A stretch of 64,000 nt of DNA, from contig JBKUYM010000009.1 in assembly GCA_046964515.1 (NCBI GenBank), positions 21,339 through 85,338 on the forward strand, read 5' to 3'. Made by a program: the position numbers and the translations under genes. Source of the DNA: Clostridia bacterium. Its GTDB lineage: Bacteria > Bacillota > Clostridia > TANB77 > CAG-508. Positions 1 through 6,295 of the stretch are shown one piece after another; the first letter of the stretch is position 1, and every line of letters begins with the position of its first letter. A model generated the notes under the pieces. It saw only the letters and a program-made list of their open reading frames with translations. It searched no databases and had not been told where the DNA came from.

Positions 1-1
1 A

Positions 2-145
2 AACGTAGAGTTTACAACTTTAGTAATCAATGCAGAAGGAAATTTCCCTTATGATATGTTTAATAGATTAATCGTAATACCAGCATATTACGAAGGCAAA
101 TATTACAAAATAGTGTTAGATGTTGCAAAAGCATTGGAAGATTAG
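2..145 (+). CDS. hypothetical protein, 3' fragment (gene starts left of window)
   Basis: Open frame from the window edge to TAG 143-145. Tail IPAYYEGKYYKIVLDVAKALED resembles IPIYYKNNYYLLILDVEKVLEL at the end of 682..1110, suggesting a paralog. Confidence 0.6.
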   Translation, partial: NVEFTTLVINAEGNFPYDMFNRLIVIPAYYEGKYYKIVLDVAKALED

Positions 146-230
146 TCATTGTTCCTAATCCCAAGTGTAACAGCTTGGGATTAGTATAGAGTGACTACTC
201 TACAATAAATAATAAAGGATGTGTGATGAT
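146..230 (+). promoter_or_regulatory. structured intergenic cassette, copy 1
   Basis: Box A tCATTGTTcc 146-155. Hairpin 1 is 157-165/174-182. GTATAGAGT at 184-192 opens hairpin 2, TAGAGT..ACTCTA. SD AAAGGATGTGTGA follows. Confidence 0.75.
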
Positions 231-596
231 ATGCGTTATGTACAAAATCTAAGAGTGGCAGAGGACAACATATGTTTTATCTATGACGGTGAAGAAATAA
301 AAATAGTTGATGTAGAAGCTAAAAAGGAATTAAATTTAGACTACGAAGCTACAAAGGAATTCTTTAGAGATATTCCATTCAATCAATCTTTAGATGTTAC
401 AGATTATGGTGTTTGCCCAAAACTTGATACAAGCATAAAAGCTACTTATGATGACCAATGGCATGAAATAGAGTTACAGGTTTTATCAGATGATGACAAA
501 TATTTAGTAACATTATATGTCGGTTGTTACAATGTATTAGTAGATTTAGACGGATTTAAGAACGCTACATTTTTAAATAGTGAAATAGTGATGTAA
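231..596 (+). CDS. hypothetical small protein
   Basis: ORF track gives 219..596. ATG 231 is better spaced from SD AAAGGA at 215-220. TAA stop. Confidence 0.7.
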   Translation: MRYVQNLRVAEDNICFIYDGEEIKIVDVEAKKELNLDYEATKEFFRDIPFNQSLDVTDYGVCPKLDTSIKATYDDQWHEIELQVLSDDDKYLVTLYVGCYNVLVDLDGFKNATFLNSEIVM

Positions 597-681
597 TCAT
601 TGTTCCAGCTCCCAAACCAAAAGGTTTGGGAGTTGTATAGAGTGATTACACTCTAATAAAATAATAAAGGATGTGTGATGT
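597..681 (+). promoter_or_regulatory. structured intergenic cassette, copy 2
   Basis: tCATTGTTcc 597-606. Hairpin 1 is 609-618/623-632 (10 bp). GTATAGAGT 635-643. Hairpin 2 TAGAGTG-atta-CACTCTA 638-655. SD follows. Confidence 0.75.
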
Positions 682-1110
682 ATGAATAAGGTAGTAAGAA
701 CATTAGAAGAAATGGTAAAGGTAGATGACTGTTACAGTAGATTTACTACAGAATATGACATGGAATTTACAACAAAACATTTCAGACTAAAAAAATTAAT
801 ACCTGGAGGTGAAATGGAAACAGTAAATGACTTAGGATTTGCATGTGTAATACTATGCAATGGCGAAACATATTACGAATTTGAAACTTGTTACCATGAA
901 TCAGAGGAAACAGGGGAATTACTACTTGACGAAGTAATACTTTATCAAGGTGAGGAATACCCATTATTTGATACTCCAACAAACACTATAAATACAGTAG
1001 ATATACCAATATATTACAAAAATAACTACTATCTACTAATATTAGATGTGGAAAAGGTATTAGAACTCGATAAACACCTTGTAATGCATAAACCAAATAA
1101 GAATATTTAA
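682..1110 (+). CDS. hypothetical protein, paralog of the left-edge gene
   Basis: 142-aa ORF with SD 7-8 nt upstream. Its C-terminal motif is shared with 2..145. Confidence 0.75.
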   Translation: MNKVVRTLEEMVKVDDCYSRFTTEYDMEFTTKHFRLKKLIPGGEMETVNDLGFACVILCNGETYYEFETCYHESEETGELLLDEVILYQGEEYPLFDTPTNTINTVDIPIYYKNNYYLLILDVEKVLELDKHLVMHKPNKNI

Positions 1111-1194
1111 TCATTGTTCCAGCTTCTAAGCGTTACGCTTGGGAGTTGTGTAGAACGATTAAAGTTCTAATAAAATATAAAGGTGTGTGATGAT
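1111..1194 (+). promoter_or_regulatory. structured intergenic cassette, copy 3
   Basis: tCATTGTTcc 1111-1120. Hairpin 1 is 1123-1132/1136-1145 with two U-G pairs. Hairpin 2 is TAGAAC..GTTCTA 1151-1169, a compensatory change relative to TAGAGT..ACTCTA. Confidence 0.75.
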
Positions 1195-1548
1195 ATGTAT
1201 AAAATAGCAAATTTTACTAAGGTGAATGAAACTAGAACAGTTAGTGACGTAACAAGAGTTCAACGTAACGGAGATGTAATAGACAAATTCCTAAGTTGGG
1301 ACACAGATGCTTACAGTACTGCAAACCAATGGACTTATAAAGACATGCTTTTTAGTTACAATACTTTAATAGCAGTAATTGGCGAAGGTAAAGACTTATA
1401 TGTAACAAGTACAAAATATTCAACAACAACAAGCAAGTTACAAGGTCAAATGAAACGCCAAGCTGAACTGGACGCATTTAACATTCATGTCATAGACCAA
1501 AAAGAATTAGAAGAAATGGTCGAAACTAGATTTCAACCTATAGTTTAG
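1195..1548 (+). CDS. hypothetical protein
   Basis: ORF track gives 1183..1548 (GTG). ATG 1195 is better placed after SD AAAGGTG. TAG stop. Confidence 0.7.
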   Translation: MYKIANFTKVNETRTVSDVTRVQRNGDVIDKFLSWDTDAYSTANQWTYKDMLFSYNTLIAVIGEGKDLYVTSTKYSTTTSKLQGQMKRQAELDAFNIHVIDQKELEEMVETRFQPIV

Positions 1549-1647
1549 CATTGTTAAGGTATCTGTTACATGTTACACTTGTAACAGGTATCTACTAGAG
1601 TGCTAAACTCTACTAAAAATAATAATAAGAAAAGGTGTGTGAAATTT
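1549..1647 (+). promoter_or_regulatory. structured intergenic cassette, copy 4
   Basis: CATTGTT 1549-1555. 14-bp hairpin 1 at 1557-1570/1580-1593. Hairpin 2 TAGAGT..ACTCTA 1596-1612. SD AAAAGGTGTGTGA. Confidence 0.7.
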
Positions 1648-2415
1648 ATGAAATTCTCAAAAGTAACTACTAGAAAACAAATGATTAAGGTGATAACTGA
1701 TATTGCCCCACTTCTTAGCAAAGAAGGTGAAGACATAGCAAATTACTGGTTAGATGCTTTAGAAGGCAAAGAAATGCAAGTAAAAGAAATCAAAACAGGA
1801 TTTAAAGCTGATTTAAAAGTGGAAAACTTCAAATCTGAAGACTCATTCAATAAAGCATTGGAAATGCTAGAAATAATGCCAAAAGAAGAAGCTAAAGTGG
1901 AAGATGACACTAAAACTGAAACAAAAGGCAATGACAAGAAACAAAAACCTAGTCAAAAGGAACAAAATGAAAACATTAAATTAGTAGGCTACAGATACAC
2001 TAGACCAATGTTCCCCGAAGTGTTACACGATTTAGAAGGGTATATACTTACTAGGGTAGACTCTACAGACATATTTGAAATTGAGGATATAGGTGAAGAA
2101 AACCTAGTTATAGCCGTATTCTTCCCAGAATGGGAAAACGTAACATATGTTGACCCAATGGAAGTTTGTGATGATGACTATAAAAAACTATTAAAAATGC
2201 ATGGTTTAGATAGCTTCCCTAATAGACTTGATTTACAACAGGTAATACATTTTGACTCAAAATTACGTTTAATGGTATCACTTAGTTTCTATACTGAAAT
2301 ACCTTACTGTGTATCACTTAAGAAAAAATGGTTTGCAGTCAATGATGTGTTACATTGCAGAGTAAACAACTATGGTCATGATTATGCAATTTATAAAGCT
2401 GAGAAAATCAAATAG
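1648..2415 (+). CDS. hypothetical protein
   Basis: ORF track gives 1600..2415, but the first 16 codons translate the cassette. ATG 1648 follows the SD. Lys/Glu-rich middle, no recognised domain. Confidence 0.7.
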   Translation: MKFSKVTTRKQMIKVITDIAPLLSKEGEDIANYWLDALEGKEMQVKEIKTGFKADLKVENFKSEDSFNKALEMLEIMPKEEAKVEDDTKTETKGNDKKQKPSQKEQNENIKLVGYRYTRPMFPEVLHDLEGYILTRVDSTDIFEIEDIGEENLVIAVFFPEWENVTYVDPMEVCDDDYKKLLKMHGLDSFPNRLDLQQVIHFDSKLRLMVSLSFYTEIPYCVSLKKKWFAVNDVLHCRVNNYGHDYAIYKAEKIK

Positions 2416-2515
2416 GCACTACATGTAACATTGTTACAGCTCCCAAGTCTTATGACTTGGGGGTTGTATAGAGTGTTACAACTCTAAAATATGCGAAAAA
2501 GGTGTGTGATGAAAC
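2416..2515 (+). promoter_or_regulatory. structured intergenic cassette, copy 5
   Basis: CATTGTT 2428-2434. Hairpin 1 is 2440-2449/2454-2463. GTATAGAGT 2466-2474. Hairpin 2 at 2469-2486. SD AAAAGGTGTGTGA. Confidence 0.75.
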
Positions 2516-2854
2516 ATGAAACAAACATTCTTAAATGGAAAAATAATTTGTGAAGAAGTTAAAGACATAGGACATTTATCTTATTACAACGTAACAACTG
2601 AATTAGGAACTGATGAAATATCAGTTTGGCATGACAGCGATAATTTAGAAGAAAAAGCTAAAGGAGTATACAAACATCAGTTATGGGTTGAAATACTAGA
2701 TACTATCTGTTCAGCAGATGACTTTGGTAACAGACCATGTGATTGGGGTTGTCCTTGTGACAGATGCATGTATGATTGGGAAGCTAATCATAGATATGCA
2801 ACAGTTTTAAAGAATGAAGGCTTAGATTATAGCTTCTATGCAAAATATTTATAA
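2516..2854 (+). CDS. hypothetical Cys-rich small protein
   Basis: 112-aa ORF after the SD. Contains CSADDFGNRPCDWGCPCDRC, a possible metal-binding cluster. Confidence 0.7.
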   Translation: MKQTFLNGKIICEEVKDIGHLSYYNVTTELGTDEISVWHDSDNLEEKAKGVYKHQLWVEILDTICSADDFGNRPCDWGCPCDRCMYDWEANHRYATVLKNEGLDYSFYAKYL

Positions 2855-2869
2855 AGGAGAGTGTGTTAT

Positions 2870-3298
2870 ATGTTTAAAATAATTACAAATGGTGTTGAAC
2901 CTACATTAGCAGATATGGAAGAAGTGATAAAAAGTGTTATGTGTACTTATAACATGAATTTATTCCAACAAACGGATGTTATCTTCGTAGGAAGTAATAA
3001 AGACAGACATGTAGAAGTAAGTAAAACAACAGAAGCTGAAGGTTTAATTGTAACAAAAACATATACAGGCAAGAACTGTTTAACTGAAAACTTGGACGTG
3101 AGATATTACTCAAATGGCGATTATATTCACCAAGAAAAAATCACAAATGACCCAAGTTGGGTAGTTGAAACAAAACGCCAATGGTATCCACATGGTAATG
3201 TATCAAAAACTGTGACAGTATATGTTAATCCTAATACAATAGACTTGGTCGATTTTACAGCTTACTTTATGACACTACTAGAAGAACGTTATAAATAA
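2870..3298 (+). CDS. hypothetical protein
   Basis: ORF track gives 2861..3298. ATG 2870 follows SD AAAGGAGAG. This is the only gene in the array with no cassette upstream. Confidence 0.7.
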   Translation: MFKIITNGVEPTLADMEEVIKSVMCTYNMNLFQQTDVIFVGSNKDRHVEVSKTTEAEGLIVTKTYTGKNCLTENLDVRYYSNGDYIHQEKITNDPSWVVETKRQWYPHGNVSKTVTVYVNPNTIDLVDFTAYFMTLLEERYK

Positions 3299-3391
3299 GT
3301 GAGTTATAGGTTGTTCCTATCATCAAGCGTCATGCTTGGTGATAGTGTAGAGTTTATAACTCTAAAAAATAATTATGTGAGGTGTGAGAGT
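3299..3391 (+). promoter_or_regulatory. structured intergenic cassette, copy 6
   Basis: GGTTGTTCC 3309-3317. 12-bp hairpin 1 at 3317-3328/3334-3345. GTGTAGAGT 3345-3353. Hairpin 2 TAGAGTT-tat-AACTCTA 3348-3364. SD GTGAGGTGTGAGA. Confidence 0.7.
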
Positions 3392-3703
3392 ATGAATATG
3401 ACACAAACAATATGCGAAGTGAGAGGAATATTAAGAAAGGAAGACGTATTATTCCGTTACGTAAACAATTTACCAGCTAATAACAGTTACCAAATAATTA
3501 TAGAAACTGGCATTACACAAAATATCTTAATACACAAGGTAGACAATGAAATAGAAATGTTACTAACTGTGACATTTGGCAATGTAATATTAGCAAGACG
3601 TGTAAAAGACGTAGAAAATTGGCGTAATGTAATGAAAGAGTTATATAGTTTTATTCATCAAACATGGGATGCAGATGACTACCAAAGAATTGAGGTGATA
3701 TAA
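3392..3703 (+). CDS. hypothetical protein
   Basis: ORF track gives 3299..3703, but its N-terminus translates the cassette. ATG 3392 follows the SD. Confidence 0.7.
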   Translation: MNMTQTICEVRGILRKEDVLFRYVNNLPANNSYQIIIETGITQNILIHKVDNEIEMLLTVTFGNVILARRVKDVENWRNVMKELYSFIHQTWDADDYQRIEVI

Positions 3704-3835
3704 ATGACTTTCGCTTCAATAGTGATACTGGCTGTTATATATTGTTTCCTTCAAGATGACAAGGAAACGGAAGTGGTAAGACGTAAAGATAAGCCACTTG
3801 ATACAACAACTTGGGAAATAAAACGTAATAAATAA
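3704..3835 (+). CDS. small membrane protein (43 aa)
   Basis: TAAATG junction with the upstream stop. Hydrophobic MTFASIVILAVIYCFL followed by a charged tail. Below the ORF-track length cutoff. Confidence 0.45.
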   Translation: MTFASIVILAVIYCFLQDDKETEVVRRKDKPLDTTTWEIKRNK

Positions 3836-3840
3836 TAAAG

Positions 3841-3871
3841 AGAGGGCGTTACAGAAATGTAGCGCTCTTTT
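3841..3871 (+). terminator. intrinsic terminator (moderate)
   Basis: Stem GCGTTAC/GTAGCGC (3846-3852/3859-3865) with a 6-nt loop, followed by TCTTTT. Confidence 0.5.
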
Positions 3872-3891
3872 AAAAGAAAAGGGGTAATGAA

Positions 3892-4209
3892 ATGTTAGTA
3901 TTAAACAATATAATGAGTATGGAAAATAAAAGAAAATTTGATGTGTTAGGTTTTGTACAAAAGAAAATAAACATAGTATTTGCCGTTAAAATAAGAGAAG
4001 TCGGCTTTAGAAAATTCGTAACAGACGGAGAAGCTAAAGAAATTGGACGTAACAAAGAATGGATTTTCGTACATGTAAAGAAAGGAACATTCGTAAGAAT
4101 ATTAGAAAAGGGCAAGGAAGGAGAAAAGAAAAAAATCACTTATATAGTGACACCAAAAGTTAATCCTTCTGCGGTTAAGATGTGTGTACAGACTCTAGCC
4201 GAATTTTAA
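3892..4209 (+). CDS. hypothetical basic protein
   Basis: 105-aa ORF with SD AAAGGGG upstream. Last gene of the left array. Confidence 0.65.
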   Translation: MLVLNNIMSMENKRKFDVLGFVQKKINIVFAVKIREVGFRKFVTDGEAKEIGRNKEWIFVHVKKGTFVRILEKGKEGEKKKITYIVTPKVNPSAVKMCVQTLAEF

Positions 4210-4239
4210 AAGCGTGTGTGAACGTATTCAGTTAGGAAG

Positions 4240-4263
4240 ACGGGCTATATGCCCGTTTTTTTG
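4240..4263 (+). terminator. strong intrinsic terminator
   Basis: ACGGGC-tatat-GCCCGT followed by seven T residues. Confidence 0.85.
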
Positions 4264-4264
4264 T

Positions 4265-4490
4265 GCCTATAATTCGCCAATATATGACGGGTTATAACAG
4301 GGTGGATATAAGCCAGGGTATGGGAGGTTATAAAAAAGAAAAATAATAAAAGCCTTATATAAAGCCTTCTATATAACGGGTTATATAAAGCCCTGTATAT
4401 AGCGCCTATATAATGCATTATATAGAATGTAATATATTGTAACGCTTATATACAATGTAATATATAGTGTATATATGCAATATAATATTA
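4265..4490. repeat. degenerate ~12-13 bp tandem array (G/C word + TATA core)
   Basis: About 17 consecutive units, e.g. AGCCTTATATAA, AGCCTTCTATATAA, CGGGTTATATAA, AGCCCTGTATAT, AGCGCCTATATAAT, GCATTATATAGA. No ORF. Confidence 0.8.
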
Positions 4491-4740
4491 TGTATTATTA
4501 TAATATGTACACTATGTATAATGTAATATAATGTAATACTATTATACTGTGTTATGTATACATAATATAATTATGTAATAGTATGTAATGTAATAAATAA
4601 TAATTTATATTATTGTATACATAATAATGTTTTATGTATGTAATGTTTTTATTTTTATTATTACATTATGTATACAATGATACAATGTAACATACCATGT
4701 ACGCCCTGTACAATATAAATATATTGTATTTATTTGTATA
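4490..4740. repeat. C-poor AT-rich core with reiterated ATGTAAT and GTATAC motifs
   Basis: ATGTAAT or its complement occurs about 10 times. Palindrome GTATAC at 4556, 4615 and 4670 sits in similar contexts (TGTATACATAAT twice, TGTATACAATGA the third time). No ORF. Confidence 0.75.
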
Positions 4741-4826
4741 ATAAATACCCTGTGTAATATACCCCCGTATTAACCACCCTACCTTTAAAACCCTCCATAT
4801 TACAATTTTTTCGTGATGCTAGTCAT

Positions 4827-4941
4827 GGAACTTGGAACATTTTTTTGAAGGTAATGTGGTGTAACACTTGAACTTGGGACAAATTTAACAGGTAATATGG
4901 ATATACCCCATTGCATGAACTTGGGACATATAGGGTAATGT
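4827..4941. repeat. three iteron-like direct repeats
   Basis: GGAACTTGGAACA 4827-4839, TGAACTTGGGACA 4869-4881 and TGAACTTGGGACA 4916-4928. Each is followed 6-11 nt later by GGTAATRT. Spacing is 42 and 47 bp. Confidence 0.75.
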
Positions 4942-5034
4942 AACGGACAAGACGTAACGCTAAAATAAGGTTGGCGTTTTGAAACAATTCCCTGGATATG
5001 TGGCATATAAATAACGTTAAAGCGTTATGTCATG

Positions 5035-5107
5035 CAATGTGAATTTAATGTGAAGAAAATAGGGTAAAATCGAACACAATGTGAATTTAATGTGAATTTT
5101 ATCGAAC
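5035..5107. repeat. perfect 20-bp direct repeat x2, upstream of a promoter
   Basis: CAATGTGAATTTAATGTGAA at 5035-5054 and 5077-5096. Each contains AATGTGAA twice and is followed by ATCGAAC. Ends about 26 bp before the -35 at 5133. Confidence 0.85.
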
Positions 5108-5132
5108 GGTAAATGAAACTTTCTTCATCTAC

Positions 5133-5161
5133 TTGACAAGAAACTAAAGGTCACATAAAAT
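5133..5161 (+). promoter_or_regulatory. sigma-A/sigma-70-type promoter
   Basis: TTGACA 5133-5138, 17-nt spacer, TAAAAT 5156-5161. Near-identical to the promoter at 51553. Confidence 0.7.
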
Positions 5162-5167
5162 ATTATT

Positions 5168-5378
5168 AACATGATAATGTTAAGAATGTTTTATAAAAGT
5201 AACACGTACATCCTTGAAAAAGGATGACGTTAGTACTCTAGATTGAAAATCAGAGTACGGTAGTTAAGTATAACTAGGTAATTCCTTAAAAGTTTATATA
5301 AAGAATTGTATGTTTTAGTCCAAATAGGTAACAGAATGTAGGGAACTGGTAATCCCCTTGTACTGTTACCTATTTTTT
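5168..5378 (+). ncRNA. candidate ~210-nt non-coding RNA (orphan transcription unit)
   Basis: Lies between the promoter at 5133-5161 and the terminator at 5322-5378. No SD-preceded ORF. Hairpins at 5165-5182, 5204-5231, 5234-5258 and 5280-5307. Confidence 0.45.
5322..5378 (+). terminator. strong intrinsic terminator
   Basis: 13-bp stem AAATAGGTAACAG/CTGTTACCTATTT (5322-5334/5363-5375) with an inner AGGG/CCCT helix, then a T-run. Confidence 0.8.
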
Positions 5379-5386
5379 GTTACAAT
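5378..5386 (+). promoter_or_regulatory. extended -10 promoter element
   Basis: TGtTACAAT directly after the terminator T-run, about 40 nt upstream of ATG 5425. Confidence 0.5.
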
Positions 5387-5424
5387 TTAAATGAATAGTT
5401 CAGATAACGAGAGGGGTGTAATAA

Positions 5425-5685
5425 ATGAAATTACCATTTAGTGTAATAAAGAATGACATACATAAGGGTTATAAATATTTAGATTATGGTGAAATAACAT
5501 ATAAAGGCTATAACGTTCATACTATTTTAGATAGAGAGGAAGTTTTATACTACATTACAGACGAAGGCAGACAGGTTACAGTACACTTTGAACGTAATTA
5601 CTTTCTTAGATTAAAGTATGGTACATTAGCTAATATTGTTATGACACATATATATTATAATATGGTAGATAAATTGGAGGACTAA
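5425..5685 (+). CDS. hypothetical protein
   Basis: 86-aa ORF with SD GAGAGGGG upstream. Confidence 0.7.
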   Translation: MKLPFSVIKNDIHKGYKYLDYGEITYKGYNVHTILDREEVLYYITDEGRQVTVHFERNYFLRLKYGTLANIVMTHIYYNMVDKLED

Positions 5686-5688
5686 AAC

Positions 5689-6069
5689 ATGAATAAAAAT
5701 ATAAACTTGAGTGGAGTTAGTAATATTGTAAATAGTACAAAAGATTTAGAGTGGTTTATGACACAATTTATACGCAAGTACGAAGAAATGGCTGAACTGC
5801 AAGACGTAGCTTGTATAGACGAAGAAGTAGAGGATTTAAAGCTAGAACTTGAAATGTACCATGCAGAGGACAGAGTAAATAGAGAACGTTTAGACACATT
5901 AGAAGGTAAATATCGTGAGTTACGTGATATGTACTTGGAGTTATATGTAATGTATATCCAAGCAAAGAATAAAGGCAAAATAGATAAGAGCATGAAAACT
6001 AAGCACACAGAGTTTAGGAAAAAGATGACAGACGATAAAGTTTATGACGAAATGGAATTACCATTTTAA
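5689..6069 (+). CDS. hypothetical coiled-coil protein
   Basis: 126-aa ORF, Glu/Leu/Lys-rich with heptad-like sequence. SD GGAGGA upstream. Confidence 0.7.
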   Translation: MNKNINLSGVSNIVNSTKDLEWFMTQFIRKYEEMAELQDVACIDEEVEDLKLELEMYHAEDRVNRERLDTLEGKYRELRDMYLELYVMYIQAKNKGKIDKSMKTKHTEFRKKMTDDKVYDEMELPF

Positions 6070-6082
6070 AGGGGGTTATGTA

Positions 6083-6285
6083 ATGAATTACGATAGAGAA
6101 ATATGGGAAGGCTGGACTGTAAGAGATTTTATAGAGGAATTAGAACCACAAGTTAACATGATAATGAGTGGTAATAGTTAGGTAGAACCATTTAAAAATA
6201 AGCAAAATGGTGTATAGAAAACCAACCTTATTATAAGGGTGAAATAAAAGAAGTAACATCATATTTTGCTAAGAAATATTTATAG
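6083..6285 (+). pseudogene. decayed small gene (in-frame TAG plus -1 frame break in an A-run)
   Basis: SD AAGGGGG then ATG 6083. Reads MNYDREIWEGWTVRDFIEELEPQVNMIMSGNS, TAG 6179-6181, VEPFKNKQ. The frame breaks at AAAA 6204-6207 and continues as KWCIENQPYYKGEIKEVTSYFAKKYL to TAG 6283-6285. Confidence 0.55.
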
Positions 6286-6295
6286 GAGGGGCAGT

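Noticed and set aside
157-183. Cassette hairpin 1 as a canonical intrinsic terminator
   Set aside because: None of the six copies is followed by a U-tract, so they were not annotated as terminators. Partial termination cannot be excluded.
146-3391. Integron attC-like reading of the gene-plus-hairpin cassettes
   Set aside because: There are no RYYYAAC/GTTRRRY core sites at the hairpin bases and no integrase in the window. The element also includes the downstream SD, which attC sites do not.
4350-4490. Possible CRISPR-like array
   Set aside because: The units are only 12-13 bp, degenerate and contiguous, with no repeat-spacer alternation. No cas genes or leader are present.
4800-5006. 68-aa minus-strand ORF inside the non-coding region
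   Set aside because: There is no SD upstream of its ATG. Its pseudo-periodic peptide (VPSS..VPSS) simply reflects the three iteron repeats.
5168-5378. tRNA or tmRNA in the orphan transcript
   Set aside because: I could find no GTTCRANYC T-loop, no 7-bp acceptor stem with a matching 3' end, and no cloverleaf spacing.
6179-6181. TAG reassignment
   Set aside because: This is a single in-frame TAG in a gene that also has a frameshift. TAG ends many solid ORFs, for example 1548, 2415, 20843 and 28818.
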